45,932 nt of DNA from a virus. The stretch lies in the IMG/VR virus record IMGVR_UViG_3300037511_000088, positions 1-45,932 of that record, one strand, 5' to 3'. Below the pieces are notes generated by a model. The model worked only from the letters and a program-made list of their open reading frames with translations, was not told the origin of the DNA and did no database searches. Shown piece after piece: positions 1 through 8,467 of the stretch. The translations under genes were made by a program, and so were the position numbers. Position 1 is the first letter of the stretch. Each line of letters starts with the position of its first letter.

Positions 1-127
1 AAATTGGCCGCTTACAACAAGTTCCAGAGCTGGGTCGAAAACATGACCGAAGGCGCCAACCTCGGTACCGACGTTTTCAAGCTCGTGCTGACCAATTCCG
101 CTCCGATCGCGACCAACACCGTGCTCG
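1..127. repeat. Terminal overlap copy A, identical to 45806-45932. The genome closes on itself with a 45,805-bp unit.
   Basis: The first and last 127 nt of the window are the same string. The ORF at 4 has its RBS only in the end copy. Confidence 0.95.
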
Positions 128-420
128 CAAATATCACGCAGGTTGGTGGCGGAAACGGTTACACGACTGGCGGAAATACAATCACGACGACCAGTTCGGC
201 GCAGGCGGGTGGCGTGATGAAGCTCGTTCTCGCTGATCTTGTCATCACCGCAACAGGGGGTTCCATCGGGCCATTCAGGTATGTGGTTGTCGTGGACAGC
301 ACGCTATCCGGATCGCCGCTTGTGATGTGGGCCGATTATGGCTCGTCGATCACGCTGCTGGCGACCGAAACGCTGACGATCGATTTCGACCAGACGAACG
401 GATTCTTCACGGTAACCTGA
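4..420 (+). CDS. Hypothetical virion-module protein (138 aa). The gene crosses the circular junction.
   Basis: TTG start with AAGGAG RBS in the terminal copy. Thr/Gly-rich. Lies between the beta-helix gene and tail genes. No family recognised. Confidence 0.6.
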   Translation: MAAYNKFQSWVENMTEGANLGTDVFKLVLTNSAPIATNTVLANITQVGGGNGYTTGGNTITTTSSAQAGGVMKLVLADLVITATGGSIGPFRYVVVVDSTLSGSPLVMWADYGSSITLLATETLTIDFDQTNGFFTVT

Positions 421-755
421 TGACCGATTATACCCTTCCGATCGATTCAGGCGCATATTCGGTTGCAGGCCAGACCGTGGGATTTGTCGCGACGCGCAAG
501 TTGCCGATCACGACAGGCGCCTACGCCGTTTCAGGCAATGCCGTCACTCTAACGCGGGGCCGGACCCTGCCGATCACGACAGGCGCATATGCTCTTACCG
601 GCTCTGCAGTGTCGTTTCGTTCGTCACGCCTGTTTTCGATCGCCTCGGCAGCATATAATCTGAGCGGGTCGCCGATTGCCTTCAGAGTGAGGCGGCGAAC
701 CTATGCCATCCAGCGGCAGACGGTTTCCGGCGTGTATACGATCACGCCTGACTGA
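420..755 (+). CDS. Tail-module protein with four tandem 22-aa repeats (111 aa).
   Basis: ATG 420 shares one base with the upstream TGA. Units LPI[TD][TS]GAYxVxGxxV fall at 435-698 with a 66-bp period. Confidence 0.65.
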   Translation: MTDYTLPIDSGAYSVAGQTVGFVATRKLPITTGAYAVSGNAVTLTRGRTLPITTGAYALTGSAVSFRSSRLFSIASAAYNLSGSPIAFRVRRRTYAIQRQTVSGVYTITPD

Positions 756-2116
756 TGCTCCAGAACCCAGCCCTTTCATCCTATCGGCGCGAAGACCTTC
801 CGCGGCTTCGGCTGGTCAACCTGTTCGCAGAGCAGGTGGCGACGTCCCGCACGCAGACGGCGCTGCTTCCTCGCCCTGCATTGGAAACCTATCTGGATCT
901 AGGCCCCGGCCCGATCAGGGGTATGTACGGAAGCCCCGGCGCGCTTGAAGGCGCACTGTTCTCGGTCTCGGCAAGCCAGCTGTATCGAGGGGCCACTTCT
1001 CTCGGCTTGGTCGCCGGCATCGATCGCGTGTCAATGGCAGCATCCGCCACTCAGCTTCTGATCGCCAACGACACCGATTTGTATCTCACCGATGGCACAA
1101 CGCTCTCGACGGTCGCGTTTCCGGATGATGCCGGCGTGTCGTCGGTTGCGTATATCAATGGATACTTCCTCGCTTCGCGCGCCGACACTCAACGTTTTTA
1201 CTGGTCTGCCATTCTCGACGGCGCAGTATGGGACGGATTGGATTATGCGTCGGCAGAGCGCGGACCTGACAACATCGTCGCGATCTGGGTGGTGTCGGAC
1301 CAGATTTGGATATTTGGCGAGAACACAACCGAAATTTGGGTTCCCACTGGCGACTCCACGACGCCGTTCCAGCGGGTAGACGGGCGCCTGTTCGACAAGG
1401 GCTGCATGTCCCGGGATACGATCGCGCGCTTCGATAATTCGGTGCTTTGGGTGGGCAATGACGGTATCGTTTATCGTGGCGATACCAATCCCGTCCGCGT
1501 GTCGAACCATAGCGTGGAAGAAGCAATCGCGGCCAGTGAGCCAAGCGATCTAAGGGCCTTCGCCTTCCCTTGGGTCGGCCACATCTTCTACGCTCTCGCG
1601 ACCGCACGGGGAACGCATATATTTGACGCGGCGACGCAGCAATGGAGCGAATTCGCGTCTTACGGCCGGGACGTGTGGCGCGCCCATCTCGGGGTCTATC
1701 TCGGGGATACTGTCTACGCTGGCGACGACGAGCTGGGAAGAATCTGGCGGCTCGCCGATCAGGCTTTCACCGATGATGAGTTGATCGTCGAGGCCCGATG
1801 GACCACCGTGATCGCACAGCAGGGTTTTTGCGATAATCTCTTGGTGGATATGTCTGTCGGGGAGGAGCTTTCCCCGGCCGTCGAACCGATCGTTGAATGC
1901 CGGATTTCCCGGGATGGCGGCAACACATTCAGCGATTACCGGAGAGCGACAATCGGAAAAATGGGCCAGTATCGAAAGCGCGCCGTGTTTCGGCGGTTTG
2001 GCGTGATCGATACCGATGGCATGCTTTTCGAGTTCCGGCTGACTGATCCGACATTCCGCCGCGTGTCGTCCATCCGTATCAATGAGGGCATGAGCGGACG
2101 GGGCCGCCCCGGCTGA
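755..2116 (+). CDS. Tail hub/neck protein resembling P22 gp10-type 'packaged DNA stabilisation' proteins (453 aa).
   Basis: TGATG coupling to the upstream ORF. Repeated aromatic strand motifs (IWIFGENTTEIW, VLWVGNDGIVY, HIFYALA) as in the gp10 family. Sits just before a needle-like coiled-coil gene. Confidence 0.5.
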   Translation: MLQNPALSSYRREDLPRLRLVNLFAEQVATSRTQTALLPRPALETYLDLGPGPIRGMYGSPGALEGALFSVSASQLYRGATSLGLVAGIDRVSMAASATQLLIANDTDLYLTDGTTLSTVAFPDDAGVSSVAYINGYFLASRADTQRFYWSAILDGAVWDGLDYASAERGPDNIVAIWVVSDQIWIFGENTTEIWVPTGDSTTPFQRVDGRLFDKGCMSRDTIARFDNSVLWVGNDGIVYRGDTNPVRVSNHSVEEAIAASEPSDLRAFAFPWVGHIFYALATARGTHIFDAATQQWSEFASYGRDVWRAHLGVYLGDTVYAGDDELGRIWRLADQAFTDDELIVEARWTTVIAQQGFCDNLLVDMSVGEELSPAVEPIVECRISRDGGNTFSDYRRATIGKMGQYRKRAVFRRFGVIDTDGMLFEFRLTDPTFRRVSSIRINEGMSGRGRPG

Positions 2117-2736
2117 TGGCGCTTGCTCCGCTCAAACTTCCCAGACTCTCCACGACATTCCAGATTGTGGACGACGAAGGCTATGCGACTGTCTCGTTTC
2201 AGCTGTTCTGGGCGGAGGCGATGGAAGCGATTGAGAATGCCTATACCGACATTGGAGACGCGATCGAGGCGGCTGGAATTGCACTGGACGCCGCAGCCGC
2301 AGCGGACGCAGCAGCAGCAGCAGCGCAAGCCGCTGCCGACAATGCCCAAGGGGCTGCGGACAATGCAAGTCTCGCGAGCAGCCTTGCGAACAGCTACCCT
2401 TCTGGTGTCACGATCAACGCGACAGATGCGGGCGCCAATGTGACGGTCAGTATATCGTCTCATAGCCGTATCTATGCGACTGACCCGCCGACGACTGTGT
2501 CAGTAAACTCCGGGAACATTCCCGGCCTAAGCTACAGCACGAGATATTATATTTATTACGACGACCCTGCCAGGGCCGGCGGAGCGGTCTCGTATCAGGC
2601 GTCCATCGATATCGCCGATGTCGCCCAGATCAACGCGACACATTCGGTCGGGATCGTCGATACCCCTGCCGCTCTTGGTCCGCCTTTGCCCGGCGGCGCA
2701 GTCAATCCCCCCGGAGGAAGCTACGACTTCTTCTGA
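2116..2736 (+). CDS. Tail needle/fibre-like protein with an Ala-rich coiled coil (206 aa).
   Basis: TGATG coupling. The AIEAAGIALDAAAAADAAAAAAQAAADNAQGAADNASL segment is followed by a beta-rich C-terminal domain. This is the gp26 position in a P22-like order. Confidence 0.5.
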   Translation: MALAPLKLPRLSTTFQIVDDEGYATVSFQLFWAEAMEAIENAYTDIGDAIEAAGIALDAAAAADAAAAAAQAAADNAQGAADNASLASSLANSYPSGVTINATDAGANVTVSISSHSRIYATDPPTTVSVNSGNIPGLSYSTRYYIYYDDPARAGGAVSYQASIDIADVAQINATHSVGIVDTPAALGPPLPGGAVNPPGGSYDFF

Positions 2737-2775
2737 CGCTTGCCATCTGCCTAAAAATCAGGCAGTGTCGCGCGA

Positions 2776-2813
2776 GATCGTCCCTATCGGACAAACCGGA
2801 ACCGGGGACGATC
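2776..2813 (+). promoter_or_regulatory. Stem-loop (9-bp arms GATCGTCCC/GGGACGATC, 20-nt loop) covering the GGGGA Shine-Dalgarno of the hydroxylase gene.
   Basis: Perfect inverted repeat 2776-2784 / 2805-2813, ending 1 nt before TTG 2814. Confidence 0.4.
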
Positions 2814-3353
2814 TTGCGCAATTTTCTGAAAATCGCTGGCGGCTTGGATACGATGCCGATGCTCAATGCATTGGCCGTCAACCCGCAGCTGTGGAACGCG
2901 CATGATCTGCGCACGAAATACCCGCAAAGCCCACACCATCAGGCTGATGATATTCTGTTACTCTTCAACGAGTTGCCGGACAGTCCCGCCGATGTGATCG
3001 ACGACATCCAGACGCATCCGTTCGATGCCTGGTATCAGCTTCCTGTCCGCGACATGGTCCTGAACCTGATGCGCGCGGTCAACGGGCTTCAGCTTGGTCG
3101 TGTCATGATCACCCGCCTTGCTCCGGGTACTGCGATCGCGCCCCACGTTGACGAGGGCGCGCCCGCCACTTTCTACAGCCGATATCAGATCATGCTCCAG
3201 TGTCTGCCCGGCGTCCTGTTCCGCGCTGGCAATGAGACAGCGCAGATGACGACGGGCGACGTCTACCACTTCAACAACCGCGTCGAGCATGAAGTGATCA
3301 ACAACAGCGCTGACGATCGGATCGCGTTGGTCGTGGATATCCGCACATGTTGA
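2814..3353 (+). CDS. Aspartyl/asparaginyl beta-hydroxylase-family 2OG/Fe(II) cupin (179 aa).
   Basis: LAPGTAIAPHVDEG and NNRVEHEVINNSADDRIALVVDI fit the H-x-D...H layout of Asp/Asn hydroxylase-type cupins. TTG start; alternative ATG at 2853. Confidence 0.7.
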   Translation: MRNFLKIAGGLDTMPMLNALAVNPQLWNAHDLRTKYPQSPHHQADDILLLFNELPDSPADVIDDIQTHPFDAWYQLPVRDMVLNLMRAVNGLQLGRVMITRLAPGTAIAPHVDEGAPATFYSRYQIMLQCLPGVLFRAGNETAQMTTGDVYHFNNRVEHEVINNSADDRIALVVDIRTC

Positions 3354-3805
3354 CCGCACACGTCGAAAGCCTCACCGACCGGCTGGAGGAGTTGAAGCCC
3401 TTCTTCCCGATGCACTGGGAAGAGCTGGCGCTGAATCAGAAGCAGGTTCCGCTGGATCCTCAGTATGAGACCTATCTCCAGCGCGATGCGCTCGGAGAGA
3501 TCATGGCGATCGTCCTGCGCAAGAACGGGGATATCGTCGGGTATTTCGTCGGGTTCGTCGCGCCTGGGCTGCACTACCGGACATGCCTGACCCTGACGAT
3601 GGATATCTTCTACGTCCTTCCCGAGCACCGGGGGGATGGTGGCGGCTTCGTCCTGTTCAAGGCGGTCGAAGCAGAGGCGAAACGTCGAGGCGTGCAGCGC
3701 ATGTTCGTCGGATCCAAGATGCATAAGGACGCGTCATGGCTGTTCGAAAAGCTCGGATATGAGCCTGTTGAGGTCTACTACTCGCTCTGGATGGGAGAAG
3801 CCTGA
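3347..3805 (+). CDS. GNAT-family N-acetyltransferase (152 aa).
   Basis: LPEHRGDGGGFVLFKAVEAEAKRRG (acetyl-CoA R/Q-x-x-G-x-G/A motif) and a KLGYEPV tail. Overlaps the upstream gene by 7 nt and the downstream gene by 1 nt. Confidence 0.75.
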   Translation: MLTAHVESLTDRLEELKPFFPMHWEELALNQKQVPLDPQYETYLQRDALGEIMAIVLRKNGDIVGYFVGFVAPGLHYRTCLTLTMDIFYVLPEHRGDGGGFVLFKAVEAEAKRRGVQRMFVGSKMHKDASWLFEKLGYEPVEVYYSLWMGEA

Positions 3806-4470
3806 TGGTGGCTGCTGCAATCGCGGGAGCGGCTGTGATCGGCGGCGGTGCTTCTATCATATCGTCAAACAAGGCGAGCAAGACCGCGAAGAATGCGGCT
3901 GAAACGAACAATCAGCTTCAGCGCGATATCTATAATGAGAACAAGGCTGTTCTCGCCCCGTATGTCGGCGCCGGAAATACCGCCACACCAGCCATTCAGG
4001 CGCTGCTTGGGCTCACCGGTGATGCGACGACCCAGCGCGCAGCGTTCGATCGATTCCGCGAAGGGACGGGCTATGATTTCCGGCTGGGCGAAGGGCAGAA
4101 GGCGATCGACGCAACACTGAGCCGCAATGGACAACTGGACAGCGGCGCCGCGGTGAAAGCGGCACTGCGCTATAATCAGGGCTTCGCTTCAAACGAGTTC
4201 GGCAATTATTACGGCGCGCTTACCGGCCAGCAGCAGATCGGCCTTGGCGCTGCGTCGGCGCAGGCAGGCGTCGGTCAGAATTTCGCCAATGCGACCAGCG
4301 CCAACAACAACAACGCAGCGAACACGTCGGCGAATGCGGCCCTGTCGAATGCCGGTGCGATCAACTCTGTGCTTCAGTCAGGGCTGAGTGCCTACACCCT
4401 GTCTCAGGGGCTCAGCTCCTCTTATGGGGGCGGTGCCTACGGCATCAAGGGCAGCGAGGGGATTTACTGA
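3805..4470 (+). CDS. Internal virion/ejection protein (221 aa).
   Basis: N-terminal hydrophobic segment and Gly/Ala/Asn/Ser-rich body. First of three coupled genes at the P22 gp7/20/16 position. Confidence 0.5.
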   Translation: MVAAAIAGAAVIGGGASIISSNKASKTAKNAAETNNQLQRDIYNENKAVLAPYVGAGNTATPAIQALLGLTGDATTQRAAFDRFREGTGYDFRLGEGQKAIDATLSRNGQLDSGAAVKAALRYNQGFASNEFGNYYGALTGQQQIGLGAASAQAGVGQNFANATSANNNNAANTSANAALSNAGAINSVLQSGLSAYTLSQGLSSSYGGGAYGIKGSEGIY

Positions 4471-5675
4471 TGCCGGACTTCGCTCTCGCACAAGTTCCGA
4501 ATTTTGCGCAGGCCGCATTGTCTGGCTACGCCGCCGGCCGCCAGATCCGTGCCCAGCGTCGCACGGATGAAGCGCTAGACCTGTTCTCGCGCGATCCCGA
4601 TGCAGGCGCGGCGGCTGCGGAGCGGTTCGACCCCGACTTGGGCGGGAAGCTTCGCGGCATCGCCATGGCCCGTCAGAAGCAGGCTCTCCTTGGGGCCATG
4701 TTGAAAGGCGGCGGCGGTTCTGCGCCTCAGGCGCTTGGGTCGCCCACACCACAGACCGGTAGCATCCAGGAGGTGGCCATACCCCCGTCTGGCGAGCCGA
4801 TGCAGGCGGCGCCCCTGCCACAATCGCTCCCTCCCACGATCCGGCGCCCTGACGGTATCGAGATCAACACGGGCATGCTCAACCAGCTGTTTACGATCGA
4901 TCCCGAGCTTGGCATGAAAATGGCTGAGTTTGCGCAGAAGGCGGACAAGGCGCAGCTGGAGCAGGCAGCGGCCCATGGCGAGATCAAGGCTCAGGCCGCT
5001 GCATATCTGGAAGGCTTCCCGGAAGGGCCGGCGCGCCAGCAGGCATTCCAGCGCATTGCGCCGCAGCTTGTGGCAGCCGGGTTCAAGCCGGAGGATCTGG
5101 CTCAGGCTCGCCTCGACAATGAATCCCTGAAGGCGGACAAGGCTTTCGGCCTGTCGTTCAAGGACATCGTCGATCAGGCGCGTGATCGTTGGGTGCAGGT
5201 GGGCGAGCGCGGATCGTTCCGCGTGGATTCGCAGGGCAATCCTGTGGGGGAGGGTAATCCTTTCGCCACGCCGACTGCTCAACCTTCTCCCGGCGCTGCC
5301 GCCCCATTGACTGGAGCCGCCATTGAACAGACCGCGCTCAACGCCGTTCCTGGCGCGATCGTCACCAGTCGCCAGCGTTCCGCGGCGAAGAACAGGGCGG
5401 TGGGCGGTGTCGCGAACAGTTACCACCTGACCGATCAGGCTCGTGATTTCGTGCCACCTCCCGGCATGTCCATGGGAGTGCTGCACAGTAATCTTAAGGC
5501 CGCGTTCCCAGGCATGGACGTCATCAATGAGGGTGATCACGTTCATATCGAGCCGAGCAGTCGCGCCAAGGCGGCAACTGGCCCAGTACGTGTTTCGTCA
5601 AAAGCCGACGTTGATCGGCTGCCCAGTGGTTCGCTCTTTGTCGATCCGAACGGCGTCACCCGGAGGAAGCCATAA
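4470..5675 (+). CDS. Internal virion/ejection protein with a C-terminal M15-type zinc peptidase domain (401 aa).
   Basis: C-terminus ANSYHLTDQARDF...GDHVHIE gives the SxHxxxxAxD...HxH metal-ligand pattern of peptidase M15. TGATG coupling on both sides. Confidence 0.6.
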   Translation: MPDFALAQVPNFAQAALSGYAAGRQIRAQRRTDEALDLFSRDPDAGAAAAERFDPDLGGKLRGIAMARQKQALLGAMLKGGGGSAPQALGSPTPQTGSIQEVAIPPSGEPMQAAPLPQSLPPTIRRPDGIEINTGMLNQLFTIDPELGMKMAEFAQKADKAQLEQAAAHGEIKAQAAAYLEGFPEGPARQQAFQRIAPQLVAAGFKPEDLAQARLDNESLKADKAFGLSFKDIVDQARDRWVQVGERGSFRVDSQGNPVGEGNPFATPTAQPSPGAAAPLTGAAIEQTALNAVPGAIVTSRQRSAAKNRAVGGVANSYHLTDQARDFVPPPGMSMGVLHSNLKAAFPGMDVINEGDHVHIEPSSRAKAATGPVRVSSKADVDRLPSGSLFVDPNGVTRRKP

Positions 5676-8368
5676 TGGCCCAATGGTGGGAGTCCTATCC
5701 AGTCGCAGAGCCGACATCCCCGCCTCCTGCGCGGACAGGTTTCATCCCCGGCGTGCCGAAACCTGGTCAGGATGTCGAACTTGAGCGCGATCGTGTGGCG
5801 CTGGAGCGCGACCGCAATGCGCTGACCAATGATCAGATAAAGGCGGAGCGAGATCGCATCGCCCTGGCAACCGAAAAGAGCAAGCAAGCTGCTACCGGCG
5901 GTGTCGATACGACCGAAGGCGAAAAGACCGCCGCCGCGTTGACCACACGCATTCAGGCGGCGCGCAACGATATCGGACGAGCCCTGAAGGACTATCCCGA
6001 TGCGCAGTCGCCAGAGTGGGACGAAGCGATCGCCAGCGGCATCTTTGGCGCTGAAGGCGAAGCGGCCAACTTTCTGCGTTCGACTGGCCGCCAGCGCGTA
6101 TTCAATGCAGAACTGGATGCGCTGGACGCCGCGCTTACGCTTGGAACGGGTGCAGCGTACACGCGCGAGCAGCTGATCAATTATCGCTCATCGATGTTCC
6201 CGCGGATTTCCGACGACCCGGAGACAATCGCAGACAAGCGCCGTCGCCTCCTGACCATCATCCAGTCTGGTCGTGCAAAGGCAGGTGCCGCTGCGCCGAA
6301 GATTGACCAGGCTCTCGCTGCTGTCGACGCGCTTTATGCGCCGATCGCAATCCCGAAGGATCCGGAAACGGACGAGGAGCTTCGCGCGCGCAATGTGAGC
6401 GAAGAGGGGCTGTCCGCGCTGGTAAACCCCAAGGATTCGCCTGGCTTGCCTGTCGATGTGCACGGCTATGATCGACTGCCAGGTGAGTCGGACTCCGATT
6501 ATGTCGCTCGCACTGAGCGCCTTGACGCAGAATATGAAAAGAACCGTGGCTCGACCGTGGCTGGTCCGTCCGAAGAAGCGCGCGGCGGCATCCTTCCCGC
6601 GGCGGCTGGTGGTGTGGCCGATGTCCTGACGATGGGCCTGTCGGACGAGCTCGCAGCTGGTGCCAATACCTTGATCTCTGGCGGCACGATGGCCGACAAT
6701 ATGCGCGAGCAAAGGGACATCACCGCTTATGATGAGCGGAATTACCCCAAGTCGCGTTTCGTAGGGCAGTTGGTGGGTGGCTTGGCGCTGCCCGGGGGCA
6801 ATGTCAGAAGCTTGGGCGGCATGACCGCTCTTGGCGCTGGGTACGGCGCTTCCTACGGTTTCGGTTCCAGCGATGGAAGTTTTGGCGACCGAGCAACGGG
6901 GGCGGCCCTTGGCGGCCTGCTTGGTGCGGGCACAGCAGGAGCAATCGGAGCCCTCACACGGGCGCCTATACGTGGCACTCGGCCGCCCGGCGGCAACGAT
7001 CCAACTGCGCTGATTGCGGCGGCGGGGCGGCAGGGCGTTGAACTTCTTCCTGCCGACGTGGGCGGCGCGCTGACAGGGAGGCTGACCGGGGGGCTGAAGC
7101 AAACGATATTCGGTTCGGGCCCAGTTCTGCGAGGCGCGCAGCGCGTTTCCGATCAGGTAGAGGGGCGAATTGGTCAAATCGCCGCGATTGAAGGTGCGCC
7201 CGTCCGACAGGAAGTTCTTGGCGAGACGGCACGGGATGCAGCAAACGAATTCATCGATACATCCGGACGCGTCGGCAGTGAATTGTACCGGGAGGCCCGC
7301 GAGGGCTCGGCGGATAGCCTGCTTCAGGGCCGCAGTGCATTTCAAAATCTGAATGCCCAAATCCGGGAACTGGGCGAAACCCGGGCAACAAGCGCTCCGG
7401 TGATCAATGGCCTTGAGCGTCTGCGCGCTGACATTGCGGACGATGGAGGGCTGCGCTCACTTTCCGTCGAAGCAATGCGTCGCCTGCGCACCAATGTCCG
7501 CCACGAAGCGCAGGTCGAAGGATTACGTGGTACCGACTATCAAAGGCGTGCCAATCAGGTCCTTGATGCGCTCTCCGAGGACATTGCATCGCAACTCCCA
7601 GAGGAGGCCGCAGCCGCCTTCCGCCGAGCTGATCAGCAATGGCGCGACCGGCTTGAGGTGATCGACGAGGTCATGTCAGAGGTTATCGGCCAGGATGGTG
7701 ATCGCTCAGCCGAAAAAGTAGCACAGCGCCTCACGAACATGTCACGAGGAGATAGCCGCAATTTCGGGCGCTTCCTCGACAGTGTTGGTGACCGAGAGGC
7801 TGGTGTTATCCGCGCATCGCTGATCGATGAACTTGGAAGGGCCGCCCCGGGCCAGCAGAATGCTGCTGGCAACGCGTTTTCGCTCGAAACCTTCCTTACC
7901 AACTGGAACAAGCTGCCGGAGCGCAGCCGGGAACTGTTGTTCCGCGGTGAAAGTCGCGAGCACATGCAGGATCTTGCCCTCATTGCGGAGCGCGCCCGTG
8001 CATCGCGCTCCTTTACCAACACGTCGAGCACAGCGGGCGCCACCAATGTCAATCAGGCAATTCAGAATGTCTCAGCGATTGGCGCTTATTCAACACTCTT
8101 CGGTAGCGCAGTTGCGGAAAACCTGACGGGCCGGCTGCTGGCATCACCTGCTTTTGCCCGTTGGCTGGCTCGCCCGGCGAGAGATCCGGGGGTCGCACGT
8201 CGCCGCCTGGCGAATATCGCGTCTCGTAGCCCCGAGTTGGCGCCGGACATCTCGATCATTCTGCAGGCTATTTCTCGGGCGGCAAACGACAATGCTGGAA
8301 CAATCACACGAGCCGCAGCCTCAGGCGACGGGGCCGATGCCAACCGCAATCAGCAGGATAATCGCTGA
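5675..8368 (+). CDS. Large internal virion/DNA-ejection protein (897 aa).
   Basis: Size, Ala/Gly-rich low-complexity segments, coiled-coil regions, and position before the tailspike. Confidence 0.55.
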   Translation: MAQWWESYPVAEPTSPPPARTGFIPGVPKPGQDVELERDRVALERDRNALTNDQIKAERDRIALATEKSKQAATGGVDTTEGEKTAAALTTRIQAARNDIGRALKDYPDAQSPEWDEAIASGIFGAEGEAANFLRSTGRQRVFNAELDALDAALTLGTGAAYTREQLINYRSSMFPRISDDPETIADKRRRLLTIIQSGRAKAGAAAPKIDQALAAVDALYAPIAIPKDPETDEELRARNVSEEGLSALVNPKDSPGLPVDVHGYDRLPGESDSDYVARTERLDAEYEKNRGSTVAGPSEEARGGILPAAAGGVADVLTMGLSDELAAGANTLISGGTMADNMREQRDITAYDERNYPKSRFVGQLVGGLALPGGNVRSLGGMTALGAGYGASYGFGSSDGSFGDRATGAALGGLLGAGTAGAIGALTRAPIRGTRPPGGNDPTALIAAAGRQGVELLPADVGGALTGRLTGGLKQTIFGSGPVLRGAQRVSDQVEGRIGQIAAIEGAPVRQEVLGETARDAANEFIDTSGRVGSELYREAREGSADSLLQGRSAFQNLNAQIRELGETRATSAPVINGLERLRADIADDGGLRSLSVEAMRRLRTNVRHEAQVEGLRGTDYQRRANQVLDALSEDIASQLPEEAAAAFRRADQQWRDRLEVIDEVMSEVIGQDGDRSAEKVAQRLTNMSRGDSRNFGRFLDSVGDREAGVIRASLIDELGRAAPGQQNAAGNAFSLETFLTNWNKLPERSRELLFRGESREHMQDLALIAERARASRSFTNTSSTAGATNVNQAIQNVSAIGAYSTLFGSAVAENLTGRLLASPAFARWLARPARDPGVARRRLANIASRSPELAPDISIILQAISRAANDNAGTITRAAASGDGADANRNQQDNR

Positions 8369-8467
8369 AATGGAGCGACGCCTCCACCGCGCTTTCGGCA
8401 CCAAGCCGACGATCGTGCCGACCAATAGCACTGCCTCCCAATTCTTCATGGCGAGGGGCCATAGCAC

